Source: the human T2T-CHM13v2.0 reference genome, Homo sapiens. From it: 64,000 nucleotides of DNA. The position numbers and the translations under genes are program-made. The notes below the pieces were generated by a model. It saw only the letters and a list, made by a program, of their open reading frames with translations, ran no database searches and had not been told where the DNA came from. Where the stretch lies: the NCBI RefSeq assembly GCF_009914755.1, contig NC_060936.1. One strand, written 5' to 3'. Below are positions 41,501 to 55,363 of this stretch, one piece after another. How positions within the stretch are numbered: position 1 is the stretch's first letter; each line of letters opens with the position of its first letter.

Positions 41501-44500
41501 GAGCTGAACACACACATCAAAAAGAAGTTTCTGTGAATGATTCTGTCTAGATTTTATAAGAAGATGTTTCCTTTTCTACCGTAGGCCTCAAAGCGCTTGA
41601 AATCTCCAGCTGCAAATTCCACAAAAAGGGTGTTTAACATCTGCTCTTCTAAAGGAAAGTTCAACTCTATGAGTTGAATACACACAGCATAAAGAAGTTA
41701 CTGAGACTTCTCCTATCAAACATTATATGAAAAAATCCCATTTCCAACGAAGGCCTCAAAGAGGTCCAAATATCTGCTTGCAGACTTTACAGACAGAGTG
41801 TTTCCAAACTGCTCCATCAAAAGAAAGGTTAACCTCCTGAGTTGAACACACACATCACAAAGTAGTTTCTGTGAATGATTCTGTCTAGTTTTTATACGAA
41901 GATGTTTCCTTTTCTACCTTTGGTCTCATAGCGATTGAAATCTCCACATGGAAACTCCACAAAAAGAGTGTTTCAAATCTGCTCTTTCTGAAGGAAGGTT
42001 CATCTTTGTGAGTTGAATACACACACCACAAATAAGTTACTGAGAATTCTTCTGTGTAACATTATATGAGGAAATCCCGTTTCCAACGAAGGCCTCAAAG
42101 AGGTCCAAATATCCACTTGCAGACTTTACAAAGACAGTGTCTCCAAACTCCTCCATCAAAAGAAAGGTTATACTCTGTGAATTGAACGCACACATCACAA
42201 AGTAGTTTCTGAGAATGATTCTGTCTAGTTTTTATACGAAGATATTTCCTTTTCTACATTTGGCCTAAAAGCGCTTGAAATCTCCACCTGCAAATATCAC
42301 AAAAAGAGGGTTTCACATCTGCTCTGTCTAAAGGACAGTTCACCTCTGTGAGTTGAATAGAGGCAACACAAAGAACTTATTCAGTATTCTTCTTTCTAGC
42401 GTTCTATGAAGAAATCCCGTTTCCAACGAAGGCCCCAAAGAGGTCCAAATATCTGCTTGCAGACTTTACAGACAGAGTGTTTCCAAACTACTCTATGAAA
42501 AGAAAGCTTAAACTCCTTGAGTTGAACGCACACATCACAAAGTAGTTTCTGAGAATGATTCTGTCTAGTTTTTATACGAAGATGTTTCCTTTTCTACATT
42601 TGGTCTCAAAGCGATTGAAATCTCCAACTGGAAACTGCACAAATAGGGTGTTTCAAATCTGCTCTGTCTAAAGGAAGGTTCAACTCTGTGAGTTGAATAC
42701 ACACACCACAAATAAGTTACTGAGAATTCTTCTGTCGAACATTACTTGAAGAAATTCCGTTTCCAACGAAGGCCTCAAAGAGGTCCAAATATCCACTTGC
42801 AGACATTACAAACAGAGTGTTTCCAAACTGCTCCATGAAAAGAAAGGTTAAACTCTGTGAGCTGAACACACACATCAAAAAGAAGTTTCTGTGAATGATT
42901 CTGTCTAGATTTTATAAGAAGATGTTTCCTTTTCTACCGTAGGCCTCAAAGCGCTTGAAATCTCCAGCTGCAAATTCCACAAAAAGGGTGTTTAACATCT
43001 GCTCTTCTAAAGGAAAGTTCAACTCTATGAGTTGAATACACACAGCACAAAGAAGTTACTGAGACTTCTCCTATCAAACATTATATGAAGAAATCCCGTT
43101 TCCAACGAAGGCCTCAAAGAGGTCCAAATATCTGCTTGCAGACTTTACAGACAGAGTGTTTCCAAACTGCTCCATCAAAAGAAAGGTTAACCTCCTTGAG
43201 TTGAACACACACATCACAAAGTAGTTTCTGTGAATGATTCTGTCTAGTTTTTATACGAAGATGTTTCCTTTTCTACCTTTGGTCTCAAAGCGATTGAAAT
43301 CTCCACATGGAAACTCCACAAAAAGAGTGTTTCAAATCTGCTCTTTCTGAAGGAAGGCTCATCTCTGTGAGTTGAATACACACACCACAAATAAGTTACT
43401 GAGAATTCTTCTGTGTAACATTATATGAGGAAATCCCGTTTCCAACGAAGGCCTCAAAGAGGTCCAAATATCCACTTGCAGACTTTACAAAGACAGTGTC
43501 TCCAAACTCCTCCATCAAAAGAAAGGTTATACTCTGTGAATTGAACGCACACATCACAAAGTAGTTTCTGAGAATGATTCTGTCTAGTTTTTATACGAAG
43601 ATATTTCCTTTTCTACATTTGGCCTAAAAGCGCTTGAAATCTCCACCTGCAAATATCACAAAAAGAGGGTTTCACATCTGCTCTGTCTAAAGGACAGTTC
43701 ACCTCTGTGAGTTGAATAGAGGCAACACAAAGAACTTATTCAGTATTCTTCTTTCTAGCGTTCTATGAAGAAATCCCGTTTCCAACGAAGGCCCCAAAGA
43801 GGTCCAAATATCTGCTTGCAGACTTTACAGACAGAGTGTTTCCAAACTACTCTATGAAAAGAAAGCTTAAACTCCTTGAGTTGAACGCACACATCACAAA
43901 GTAGTTTCTGAGAATGATTCTGTCTAGTTTTTATACGAAGATGTTTCCTTTTCTACATTTGGTCTCAAAGCGATTGAAATCTCCAACTGGAAACTGCACA
44001 AATAGGGTGTTTCAAATCTGCTCTGTCTAAAGGAAGGTTCAACTCTGTGAGTTGAATACACACACCACAAATAAGTTACTGAGAATTCTTCTGTCGAACA
44101 TTACTTGAAGAAATTCCGTTTCCAACGAAGGCCTCAAAGAGGTCCAAATATCCACTTGCAGACATTACAAACAGAGTGTTTCCAAACTGCTCCATGAAAA
44201 GAAAGGTTAAACTCTGTGAGCTGAACACACACATCAAAAAGAAGTTTCTGTTAATGATTCTGTCTAGATTTTATAAGAAGATGTTTCCTTTTCTACCGTA
44301 GGCCTCAAAGCGCTTGAAATCTCCAGCTGCAAATTCCACAAAAAGGGTGTTTAACATCTGCTCTTCTAAAGGAAAGTTCAACTCTATGAGTTGAATACAC
44401 ACAGCACAAAGAAGTTACTGAGACTTCTCCTATCAAACATTATATGAAGAAATCCCGTTTCCAACGAAGGCCTCAAAGAGGTCCAAATATCTGCTTGCAG

Positions 44501-47500
44501 ACTTTACAGACAGAGTGTTTCCAAACTGCTCCATCAAAAGAAAGGTTAAACTCCTTGAGTTGAACACACACATCACAAAGTAGTTTCTGTGAATGATTCT
44601 GTCTAGTTTTTATACGAAGATGTTTCCTTTTCTACCTTTGGTCTCAATGCGATTGAAATCTCCACATGGAAACTCCACAAAAAGAGTGTTTCAAATCTGC
44701 TCTTTCTGAAGGAAGGTTCAACTCTGTGAGTTGAATACACACACCACAAATAAGTTACTGAGAATTCTTCTGTGTAACATTATATGAGGAAATCCCGTTT
44801 CCAACGAAGGCCTCGAAGAGATCCAAATATCCACTTGCAGACTTTACAAAGACAGTGTCTCCAAACTCCTCCATCAAAAGAAAGGTTATACTCTGTGAAT
44901 TGAACGCACACATCACAAAGTAGTTTCTGAGAATGATTCTGTCTAGTTTTTATACGAAGATATTTCCTTTTCTACATTTGGCCTAAAAGCGCTTGAAATC
45001 TCCACCTGCAAATATCACAAAAAGAGGGTTTCACATCTGCTCTGTCTAAAGGACAGTTCACCTCTGTGAGTTGAATAGAGGCAACACAAAGAACTTACTC
45101 AGTATTCTTCTTTCTAGCGTTCTATGAAGAAATCCCGTTTCCAACGAAGGCCCCAAAGAGGTCCAAATATCTGCTTGCAGACTTTACAGACAGAGTGTTT
45201 CCAAACTACTCTATGAAAAGAAAGCTTAAACTCCTTGAGTTGAACGCACACATCACAAAGTAGTTTCTGAGAATGATTCTGTCTAGTTTTTATACGAAGA
45301 TGTTTCCTTTTCTACGTTTGGTCTCAAAGCGATTGAAATCTCCAACTGGAAACTGCACAAATAGGCTGTTTCAAATCTGCTCTGTCTAAAGGAAGGTTCA
45401 ACTCTGTGAGTTGAATACACACACCACAAATAAGTTACTGAGAATTCTTCTGTCGAACATTACTTGAAGAAATCCCGTTTCCAACGAAGGCCTCAAAGAG
45501 GTCCAAATATCCACTTGCAGACATTACAAACAGATTGTTTCCAACCTGCTCCATCAAAAGAAAGGTTAAACTCTGTGAGCTGAACACACACATCAAAAAG
45601 AAGTTTCTGTGAATGATTCTGACTAGATTTTATAAGAAGATATTTCCTTTTCTACCGTAGGCCTCAAAGCACTTGAAATCTCCAGCTGCAAATTCCACAA
45701 AAAGGGTGTTTAACATCTGCTCTTCTAAAGGAAAGTTCAACTCTATGAGTTGAATACACACAGCACAAAGAAGTTACTGAGACTTCTCCTATCAAACATT
45801 ATATGAAGAAATCCCGTTTCCAACGAAGGCCTCAAAGAGGTCCAAATATCTGCTTGCAGACTTTACAGACAGAGTGTTTCCAAACTGCTCCATCAAAAGA
45901 AAGGTTAAACTCCTTGAGTTGAACACACACATCACAAAGTAGTTTCTGTGAATGATTCTGTCTAGTTTTTATACGAAGATGTTTCCTTTTCTATCTTTGG
46001 TCTCAAAGCGATTGAAATCTCCAAATGGAAACTCCACAAAAAGAGTGTTTCAAATCTGCTCTTTCTGAAGGAAGGTTCATCTCTGTGAGTTGAATACACA
46101 CACCACAAATAAGTTACTGAGAATTCTTCTGTGTAACATTATATGAGGAAATCCCGTTTCCAAAGAAGGCCACAAAGAGATCCAAATATCCACTTGCAGA
46201 CTTTACAAAGACAGTGTCTCCAAACTCCTCCATCAAAAGAAAGGTTATACTCCGTGAATTGAACGCACACATCACAAATTAGTTTCTGAGAATGATTCTG
46301 TCTAGTTTTTATACGAAGATATTTCCTTTTCTACATTTGGCCTAAAAGCGCTTGAAATCTCCACCTGCAAATATCACAAAAAGAGGGTTTCACATCTGCT
46401 CTGTCTGAAGGACAGTTCACCTCTGTGAGTTGAATAGAGGCAACACAAAGAACTTACTCAGTATTCTTCTTTCTAGCGTTCTATGAAGAAATCCCGTTTC
46501 CAACGAAGGCCCCAAAGAGGTCCAAATATCTGCTTGCAGACTTTACAGACAGAGTGTTTCCAAACTACTCTATGAAAAGAAAGCTTAAACTCCTTGAGTT
46601 GAACGCACACATCACAAAGTAGTTTCTGAGAATGATTCTGTCTAGTTTTTATACGAAGATGTTTCCTTTTCTACATTTGGTCTCAAAGTGATTGAAATCT
46701 CCAACTGGAAACTCCACAAAAAGAGTGTTTCAAATCTGCTCTGTCTAAAGGAAGGTTCAACTCTGTGAGTTGAATACACACACCACAAATAAGTTACTGA
46801 GAATTCTTCTGTCGAACATTACTTGAAGAAATCCCGTTTCCAACGAAGGCCTCAAAGAGGTCCAAATATCCACTTGCAGACATTACAAACAGAGTGTTTC
46901 CAACCTGCTCCATCAAAAGAAAGGTTAAACTCTGTGAGCTGAACACACACATCAAAAAGAAGTTTCTGTGAATGATTCTGTCTAGATTTTATAAGAAGAT
47001 GTTTCCTTTTCTACCGTAGGCCTCAAAGCGCTTGAAATCTCCAGCTGCAAATTCCACAAAAAGGGTGTTTAACATCTGCTCTTCTAAAGGAAAGTTCAAC
47101 TCTATGAGTTGAATACACACAGCATAAAGAAGTTACTGAGACTTCTCCTATCAAACATTATATGAAGAAATCCCGTTTCCAACGAAGGCCTCAAAGAGGT
47201 CCAAATATCTGCTTGCAGACTTTACAGACAGAGTGTTTCCAAACTGCTCCATCAAAAGAAAGGTTAACCTCCTGAGTTGAACACACACATCACAAAGTAG
47301 TTTCTGTGAATGATTCTGTCTAGTTTTTATACGAAGATGTTTCCTTTTCTACCTTTGGTCTCAAAGCGATTGAAATCTCCACATGGAAACTCCACAAAAA
47401 GAGTGTTTCAAATCTGCTCTTTCTGAAGGAAGGTTCATCTCTGTGAGTTGAATACACACACCACAAATAAGTTACTGAGAATTCTTCTGTGTAACATTAT

Positions 47501-50500
47501 ATGAGGAAATCCCGTTTCCAACGAAGGCCTCAAAGAGGTCCAAATATCCACTTGCAGACTTACAAAGACAGTGTCTCCAAACTCCTCCATCAAAAGAAAG
47601 GTTATACTCTGTGAATTGAACGCACACATCACAAAGTAGTTTCTGAGAATGATTCTGTCTAGTTTTTATACGAAGATATTTCCTTTTCTACATTTGGCCT
47701 AAAAGCGCTTGAAATCTCCACCTGCAAATATCACAAAAAGAGGGTTTCACATCTGCTCTGTCTAAAGGACAGTTCACCTCTGTGAGTTGAATAGAAGCAA
47801 CACAAAGAACTTACTCAGTATTCTTCTTTCTAGCGTTCTATGAAGAAATCCCGTTTCCAACGAAGGCCCCAAAGAGGTCCAAATATCTGCTTGCAGACTT
47901 TACAGACAGAGTGTTTCCAAACTACTCTATGAAAAGAAAGCTTAAACTCCTTGAGTTGAACGCACACATCACAAAGTAGTTTCGGAGAATGATTCTGTCT
48001 AGTTTTTATACGAAGATGTTTCCTTTTCTACATTTGGTCTCAAAGCGATTGAAATCTCCAACTGGAGACTGCACAAATAGGGTGTTTCAAATCTGCTCTG
48101 TCTAAAGGAAGGTTCAACTCTGTGAGTTGAATACACACACCACAAATAAGTTACTGAGAATTCTTCTGTCGAACATTACATGAAGAAATCCCGTTTCCAA
48201 CGAAGGCCTCAAAGACGTCCAAATATCCACTTGCAGACATTACAAAGAGAGTGTTTCCAAACTGCTCCATCAAAAGAAAGGTTAAACTCTGTGAGCTGAA
48301 CACACACATCAAAAAGAAGTTTCTGTGAATGATTCTGTCTAGATTTTATAAGAAGATGTTTCCTTTTCTACCGTAGGCCTCAAAGCGCTTGAAATCTCCA
48401 GCTGCAAATTCCACAAAAAGGGTGTTTAACATCTGCTCTTCTAAAGGAAAGTTCAACTCTATGAGTTGAATACACACAGCACAAAGAAGTTACTGAGACT
48501 TCTTCTGTCTAACATTATATGAAGAAATCCCGTTTCCAACGAAGGCCTCAAAGAGGTCCAAATATCTGCTTGCAGACTTTACAGACAGAGTGTTTCCAAA
48601 CTGCTCCATCAAAAGAAAGGTTAAACTCCTTGAGTTGAACACACACATCACAAAGTAGTTTCTGTGAATGATTCTGTCTAGTTTTTATACGAAGATGTTT
48701 CCTTTTCTACCTTTGGTCTCAAAGCGATTGAAATCTCCACATGGAAACTCCACAAAAAGAGTGTTTCAAATCTGCTCTTTCTGAAGGAAGGTTCATCTCT
48801 GTGAGTTGAATACACACACCACAAATAAGTTACTGAGAATTCTTCTGTGTAACATTATATGAGGAAATCCCGTTTCCAACGAAGGCCTCAAAGAGATCCA
48901 AATATCCACTTGCAGACATTACAAAGACAGTGTCTCCAACTCCTCCATCAAAAGAAAGGTTATACTCTGTGAATTGAACGCACACATCACAAAGTAGTTT
49001 CTGAGAATGATTCTGTCTAGTTTTTATACGAAAATATTTCCTTTTCTACATTTGGCCTAAAAGCGCTTGAAATCTCCACCTGCAAATATCACAAAAAGAG
49101 GGTTTCACATCTGCTCTGTTTAAAGGACAGTTCACCTCTGTGAGTTGAATAGAGGCAACACAAAGAACTTACTCAGTATTCTTCTTTCTAGCGTTCTACG
49201 AAGAAATCCCGTTTCCAACGAAGGCCCCAAAGAGGTCAAATATCTGCTTGCAGACTTTACAGACAGAGTGTTTCCAAACTACTCTATGAAAAGAAAGCTT
49301 AAACTCCTTGAGTTGAACGCACACATCACAAAGTAGTTTCTGAGAATGATTCTGTCTAGTTTTTATACGAAGATGTTTCCTTTTCTACATTTGGTCTCAA
49401 AGCGATTGAAATCTCCAACTGGAAACTGCACAAATAGGGTGTTTCAAATCTGCTCTGTCTAAAGGAAGGTTCAACTCTGTGAGTTGAATACACACACCAC
49501 AAATAAGTTACTGAGAATTCTTCTGTCGAACATTACATGAAGAAATCCCGTTTCCAACGAAGGCCTCAAAGACGTCCAAATATCCACTTGCAGACATTAC
49601 AAACAGAGTGTTTCCAAACAGCTCCATCAAAAGAAAGGTTAAACTCTGTGAGCTGAACACACACATCAAAAAGAAGTTTCTGTGAATGATTCTGTCTAGA
49701 TTTTATAAGAAGATGTTTCCTTTTCTACCGTAGGCCTCAAAGCGCTTGAAATCTCCAGCTGCAAATTCCACAAAAAGGGTGTTTAACATCTGCTCTTCTA
49801 AAGGAAAGTTCAACTCTATGAGTTGAATACACACAGCACAAAGAAGTTACTGAGACTTCTTCTGTCTAACATTATATGAAGAAATCCCGATTCCAACAAA
49901 GGCCTCAAAGAGGTCCAAATATCTGCCTGCAGACTTTACAGACAGAGTGTTTCCAAACTGCTCCATCAAAAGAAAGGTTAAACTCCTTGAGTTGAACACA
50001 CACATCACAAAGTAGTTTCTGTGAATGATTCTGTCTAGTTTTTATACGAAGATGTTTCCTTTTCTACCTTTGGTCTCAATGCGATTGAAATCTCCACATG
50101 GAAACTCCACAAAAAGAGTGTTTCAAATCTGCTCTTTCTGAAGGAAGGTTCAACTCTGTGAGTTGAATACACACACCACAAATAAGTTACTGAGAATTCT
50201 TCTGTGTAACATTATATGAGGAAATCCCGTTTCCAACGAAGGCCTCGAAGAGATCCAAATATCCACTTGCAGACTTTACAAAGACAGTGTCTCCAAACTC
50301 CTCCATCAAAAGAAAGGTTATACTCTGTGAATTGAACGCACACATCACAAAGTAGTTTCTGAGAATGATTCTGTCTAGTTTTTATACGAAGATATTTCCT
50401 TTTCTACATTTGGCCTAAAAGCGCTTGAAATCTCCACCTGCAAATATCACAAAAAGAGGGTTTCACATCTGCTCTGTCTAAAGGACAGTTCACCTCTGTG

Positions 50501-53500
50501 AGTTGAATAGAGGCAACACAAAGAACTTACTCAGTATTCTTCTTTCTAGCGTTCTATGAAGAAATCCCGTTTCCAACGAAGGCCCCAAAGAGGTCCAAAT
50601 ATCTGCTTGCAGACTTTACAGACAGAGTGTTTCCAAACTACTCTATGAAAAGAAAGCTTAAACTCCTTGAGTTGAACGCACACATCACAAAGTAGTTTCT
50701 GAGAATGATTCTGTCTAGTTTTTATACGAAGATGTTTCCTTTTCTACATTTGGTCTCAAAGCGATTGAAATCTCCAACTGGAAACTCCACAAAAAGAGTG
50801 TTTCAAATCTGCTCTGTCTAAAGGAAGGTTCAACTCTGTGAGTTGAATACACACACCACAAATAAGTTACTGAGAATTCTTCTGTCGAACATTACTTGAA
50901 GAAATCCCGTTTCCAACGAAGGCCTCAAAGAGGTCCAAATATCCACTTGCAGACATTACAAACAGAGTGTTTCCAAACTGCTCCATCAAAAGAAAGGTTA
51001 AACTCTGTGAGCTGAACACACACATCAAAAAGAAGTTTCTGTGAATGATTCTGTCTAGATTTTATAAGAAGATGTTTCCTTTTCTACCGTAGGCCTCAAA
51101 GCGCTTGAAATCTCCAGCTGCAAATTCCATAAAAAGGGTGTTTAACATCTGCTCTTCTAAAGGAAAGTTCAACTCTATGAGTTGAATACACACAGCATAA
51201 AGAAGTTACTGAGACTTCTCCTATCAAACATTATATGAAGAAATCCCGTTTCCAACGAAGGCCTCAAAGAGGTCCAAATATCTGCTTGCAGACTTTACAG
51301 ACAGAGTGTTTCCAAACTGCTCCATCAAAAGAAAGGTTAACCTCCTGAGTTGAACACACACATCACAAAGTAGTTTCTGTGAATGATTCTGTCTAGTTTT
51401 TATACGAAGATGTTTCCTTTTCTACCTTTGGTCTCAAAGCGATTGAAATCTCCACATGGAAACTCCACAAAAAGAGTGTTTCAAATCTGCTCTTTCTGAA
51501 GGAAGGTTCATCTCTGTGAGTTGAATACACACACCACAAATAAGTTACTGAGAATTCTTCTGTGTAACATTATATGAGGAAATCCCGTTTCCAACGAAGG
51601 CCTCAAAGAGGTCCAAATATCCACTTGCAGACTTTACAAAGACAGTGTCTCCAAACTCCTCCATCAAAAGAAAGGTTATACTCTGTGAATTGAACGCACA
51701 CATCACAAAGTAGTTTCTGAGAATGATTCTGTCTAGTTTTTATACGAAGATATTTCCTTTTCTACATTTGGCCTAAAAGCGCTTGAAATCTCCACCTGCA
51801 AATATCACAAAAAGAGGGTTTCACATCTGCTCTGTCTAAAGGACAGTTCACCTCTGTGAGTTGAATAGAAGCAACACAAAGAACTTACTCAGTATTCTTC
51901 TTTCTAGCGTTCTATGAAGAAATCCCGTTTCCAACGAAGGCCCCAAAGAGGTCCAAATATCTGCTTGCAGACTTTACAGACAGAGTGTTTCCAAACTACT
52001 CTATGAAAAGAAAGCTTAAACTCCTTGAGTTGAACGCACACATCACAAAGTAGTTTCGGAGAATGATTCTGTCTAGTTTTTATACGAAGATGTTTCCTTT
52101 TCTACATTTGGTCTCAAAGCGATTGAAATCTCCAACTGGAAACTGCACAAATAGGGTGTTTCAAATCTGCTCTGTCTAAAGGAAGGTTCAACTCTGTGAG
52201 TTGAATACACACACCACAAATAAGTTACTGAGAATTCTTCTGTCGAACATTACATGAAGAAATCCCGTTTCCAACGAAGGCATCAAAGACGTCCAAATAT
52301 CCACTTGCAGACATTACAAAGAGAGTGTTTCCAAACTGCTCCATCAAAAGAAAGGTTAAACTCTGTGAGCTGAACACACACATCAAAAAGAAGTTTCTGT
52401 GAATGATTCTGTCTAGATTTTATAAGAAGATGTTTCCTTTTCTACCGTAGGCCTCAAAGCGCTTGAAATCTCCTGCTGCAAATTCCACAAAAAGGGTGTT
52501 TAACATCTGCTCTTCTAAAGGAAAGTTCAACTCTATGAGTTGAATACACACAGCACAAAGAAGTTACTGAGACTTCTTCTGTCTAACATTATATGAAGAA
52601 ATCCCGTTTCCAACGAAGGCCTCAAAGAGGTCCAAATATCTGCTTGCAGACTTTACAGACAGAGTGTTTCCAAACTGCTCCATCAAAAGGAAGGTTAACC
52701 TCCTTGAGTTGAACACACACATCACAAAGTAGTTTCTGTGAATGATTCTGTCTAGTTTTTATACGAAGATGTTTCCTTTTCTACCTTTGGTCTCAAAGCG
52801 ATTGAAATCTCCACATGGAAACTCCACAAAAAGAGTGTTTCAAATCTGCTCTTTCTGAAGGAAGGTTCATCTCTGTGAGTTGAATACACACACCACAAAT
52901 AAGTTACTGAGAATTCTTCTGTGTAACATTATATGAGGAAATCCCGTTTCCAACGAAGGCCTCAAAGAGGTCCAAATATCCACTTGCAGACTTTACAAAG
53001 ACAGTGTCTCCAAACTCCTCCATCAAAAGAAAGGTTATACTCTGTGAATTGAACGCACACATCACAAAGTAGTTTCTGAGAATGATTCTGTCTAGTTTTT
53101 ATACGAAGATATTTCCTTTTCTACATTTGGCCTAAAAGCGCTTGAAATCTCCACCTGCAAATATCACAAAAAGAGGGTTTCACATCTGCTCTGTCTAAAG
53201 GACAGTTCACCTCTGTGAGTTGAATAGAGGCAACACAAAGAACTTAATCAGTATTCTTCTTTCTAGGGTTCTATGAAGAAACCCCGTTTCCAACGAAGGC
53301 CCCAAAGAGGTCCAAATATCTGCTTGCAGACTTTACAGACAGAGTGTTTCCAAACTACTCTATGAAAAGAAAGCTTAAACTCCTTGAGTTGAACGCACAC
53401 ATCACAAAGTAGTTTCTGAGAATGATTCTGTCTAGTTTTTATACGAAGATGTTTCCTTTTCTACATTTGGTCTCAAAGCGATTGAAATCTCCAACTGGAA

Positions 53501-54343
53501 ACTGCACAAATAGGGTGTTTCAAATCTGCTCTGTCTAAAGGAAGGTTCAACTCTGTGAGTTGAATACACACACCACAAATAAGGTACTGAGAATTCTTCT
53601 GTCGAACATTACTTGAAGAAATCCCGTTTCCAACGAAGGCCTCAAAGAGGTCCAAATATCCACTTGCAGACATTACAAACAGAGTGTTTCCAAACTGCTC
53701 CATCAAAAGAAAGGTTAAACTCTGTGAGCTGAACACACACATCAAAAAGAAGTTTCTGTGAATGATTCTGTCTAGATTTTATAAGAAGATGTTTCCTTTT
53801 CTACCGTAGGCCTCAAAGCGCTTGAAATCTCCAGCTGCAAATTCCACAAAAAGGGTGTTTAACATCTGCTCTTCTAAAGGAAAGTTCAACTCTATGAGTT
53901 GAATACACACAGCACAAAGAAGTTACTGAGACTTGTCCTATCAAACATTATATGAAGAAATCCCGTTTCCAACGAAGGCCTCAAAGAGGTCCAAATATCT
54001 GCTTGCAGACTTTACAGACAGAGTGTTTCCAAACTGCTCCATCAAAAGAAAGGTTAACCTCCTTGAGTTGAACACACACATCACAAAGTAGTTTCTGTGA
54101 ATGATTCTGTCTAGTTTTTATACGAAGATGTTTCCTTTTCTACCTTTGGTCTCAAAGCGATTGAAATCTCCACATGGAAACTCCACAAAAAGAGTGTTTC
54201 AAATCTGCTCTTTCTGAAGGAAGGTTCATCTCTGTGAGTTGAATACACACACCACAAATAAGTTACTGAGAATTCTTCTGTGTAACATTATATGAGGAAA
54301 TCCCGTTTCCAACGAAGGCCTCAAAGAGGTCCAAATATCCACT

Positions 54344-55363
54344 TGCAGACTTTACAAAGACAGTGTCTCCAAACTCCTCCATCAAAAGAAAGGTTATGCT
54401 CTGTGAATTGAACGCACACATCACAAAGTAGTTTCTGAGAATGATTCTGTCTAGTTTTTATACGAAGATATTTCCTTTTCTACATTTGGCCTAAAAGCGC
54501 TTGAAATCTCCACCTGCAAATATCACAAAAAGAGGGTTTCACATCTGCTCTGTCTAAAGGACAGTTCACCTCTGTGAGTTGAATAGAGGCAACACAAAGA
54601 ACTTACTCAGTATTCTTCTTTCTAGCGTTCTATGAAGAAATCCCGTTTCCAACGAAGGCCCTAAAGAGGTCCAAATATCTGCTTGCAGACTTTACAGACA
54701 GAGTGTTTCCAAACTACTCTATGAAAAGAAAGCTTAAACTCCTTGAGTTGAACGCACACATCACAAAGTAGTTTCTGAGAATGATTCTGTCTAGTTTTTA
54801 TACGAAGATGTTTCCTTTTCTACATTTGGTCTCAAAGCGATTGAAATCTCCAACTGGAAACTGCACAAATAGGGTGTTTCAAATCTGCTCTGTCTAAAGG
54901 AAGGTTCAACTCTGTGAGTTGAATACACACACCACAAATAAGTTACTGAGAATTCTTCTGTCGAACATTACTTGAAGAAATCCCGTTTCCAACGAAGGCC
55001 TCAAAGAGGTCCAAATATCTGCCTGCAGACTTTACAGACAGAGTGTTTCCAAACTGCTCCATCAAAAGAAAGGTTAAACTCCTTGAGTTGAACACACACA
55101 TCACAAAGTAGTTTCTGTGAATGATTCTGTCTAGTTTTTATACGAAGATGTTTCCTTTTCTACCTTTGGTCTCAAAGCGATTGAAATCTCCACATGGAAA
55201 CTCCACAAAAAGAGTGTTTCAAATCTGCTCTTTCTGAAGGAAGGTTCATCTCTGTGAGTTGAATACACACACCACAAATAAGTTACTGAGAATTCTTCTG
55301 TGTAACATTATATGAGGAAATCCCGTTTCCAACGAAGGCCTCAAAGAGGTCCAAATATCCACT
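54344..55363 (-). repeat. 6-mer structural variant HOR (1,020 bp) lacking the 339-bp dimer 3
   Basis: Anchor-to-anchor distance is 1,020. The D2 end (GTCGAACATTACTTG, 54960-54974) runs straight into D4 sequence (ATATCTGCCTGCAGACTTTACAGAC...CACATGG); no GAGCTGAAC or CAGCTG in this unit. Confidence 0.96.

Noticed and set aside
47435-47632. 65-aa minus-strand ORF
   Set aside because: It is satellite sequence opened by the 1-bp deletion near 47561, which joins two short frames; it is not open in other HOR copies and has no recognisable domain.
49145-49336. 63-aa plus-strand ORF
   Set aside because: It starts at TTG and needs both TGA>CGA at 49199 and the 1-bp deletion near 49237; a chance read-through of alphoid DNA.
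53473-53745. 90-aa minus-strand ORF
   Set aside because: A single SNV at 53584 turns the consensus TAA into TAC; all other copies stop there. Any database hits would likely be mis-annotated satellite translations.
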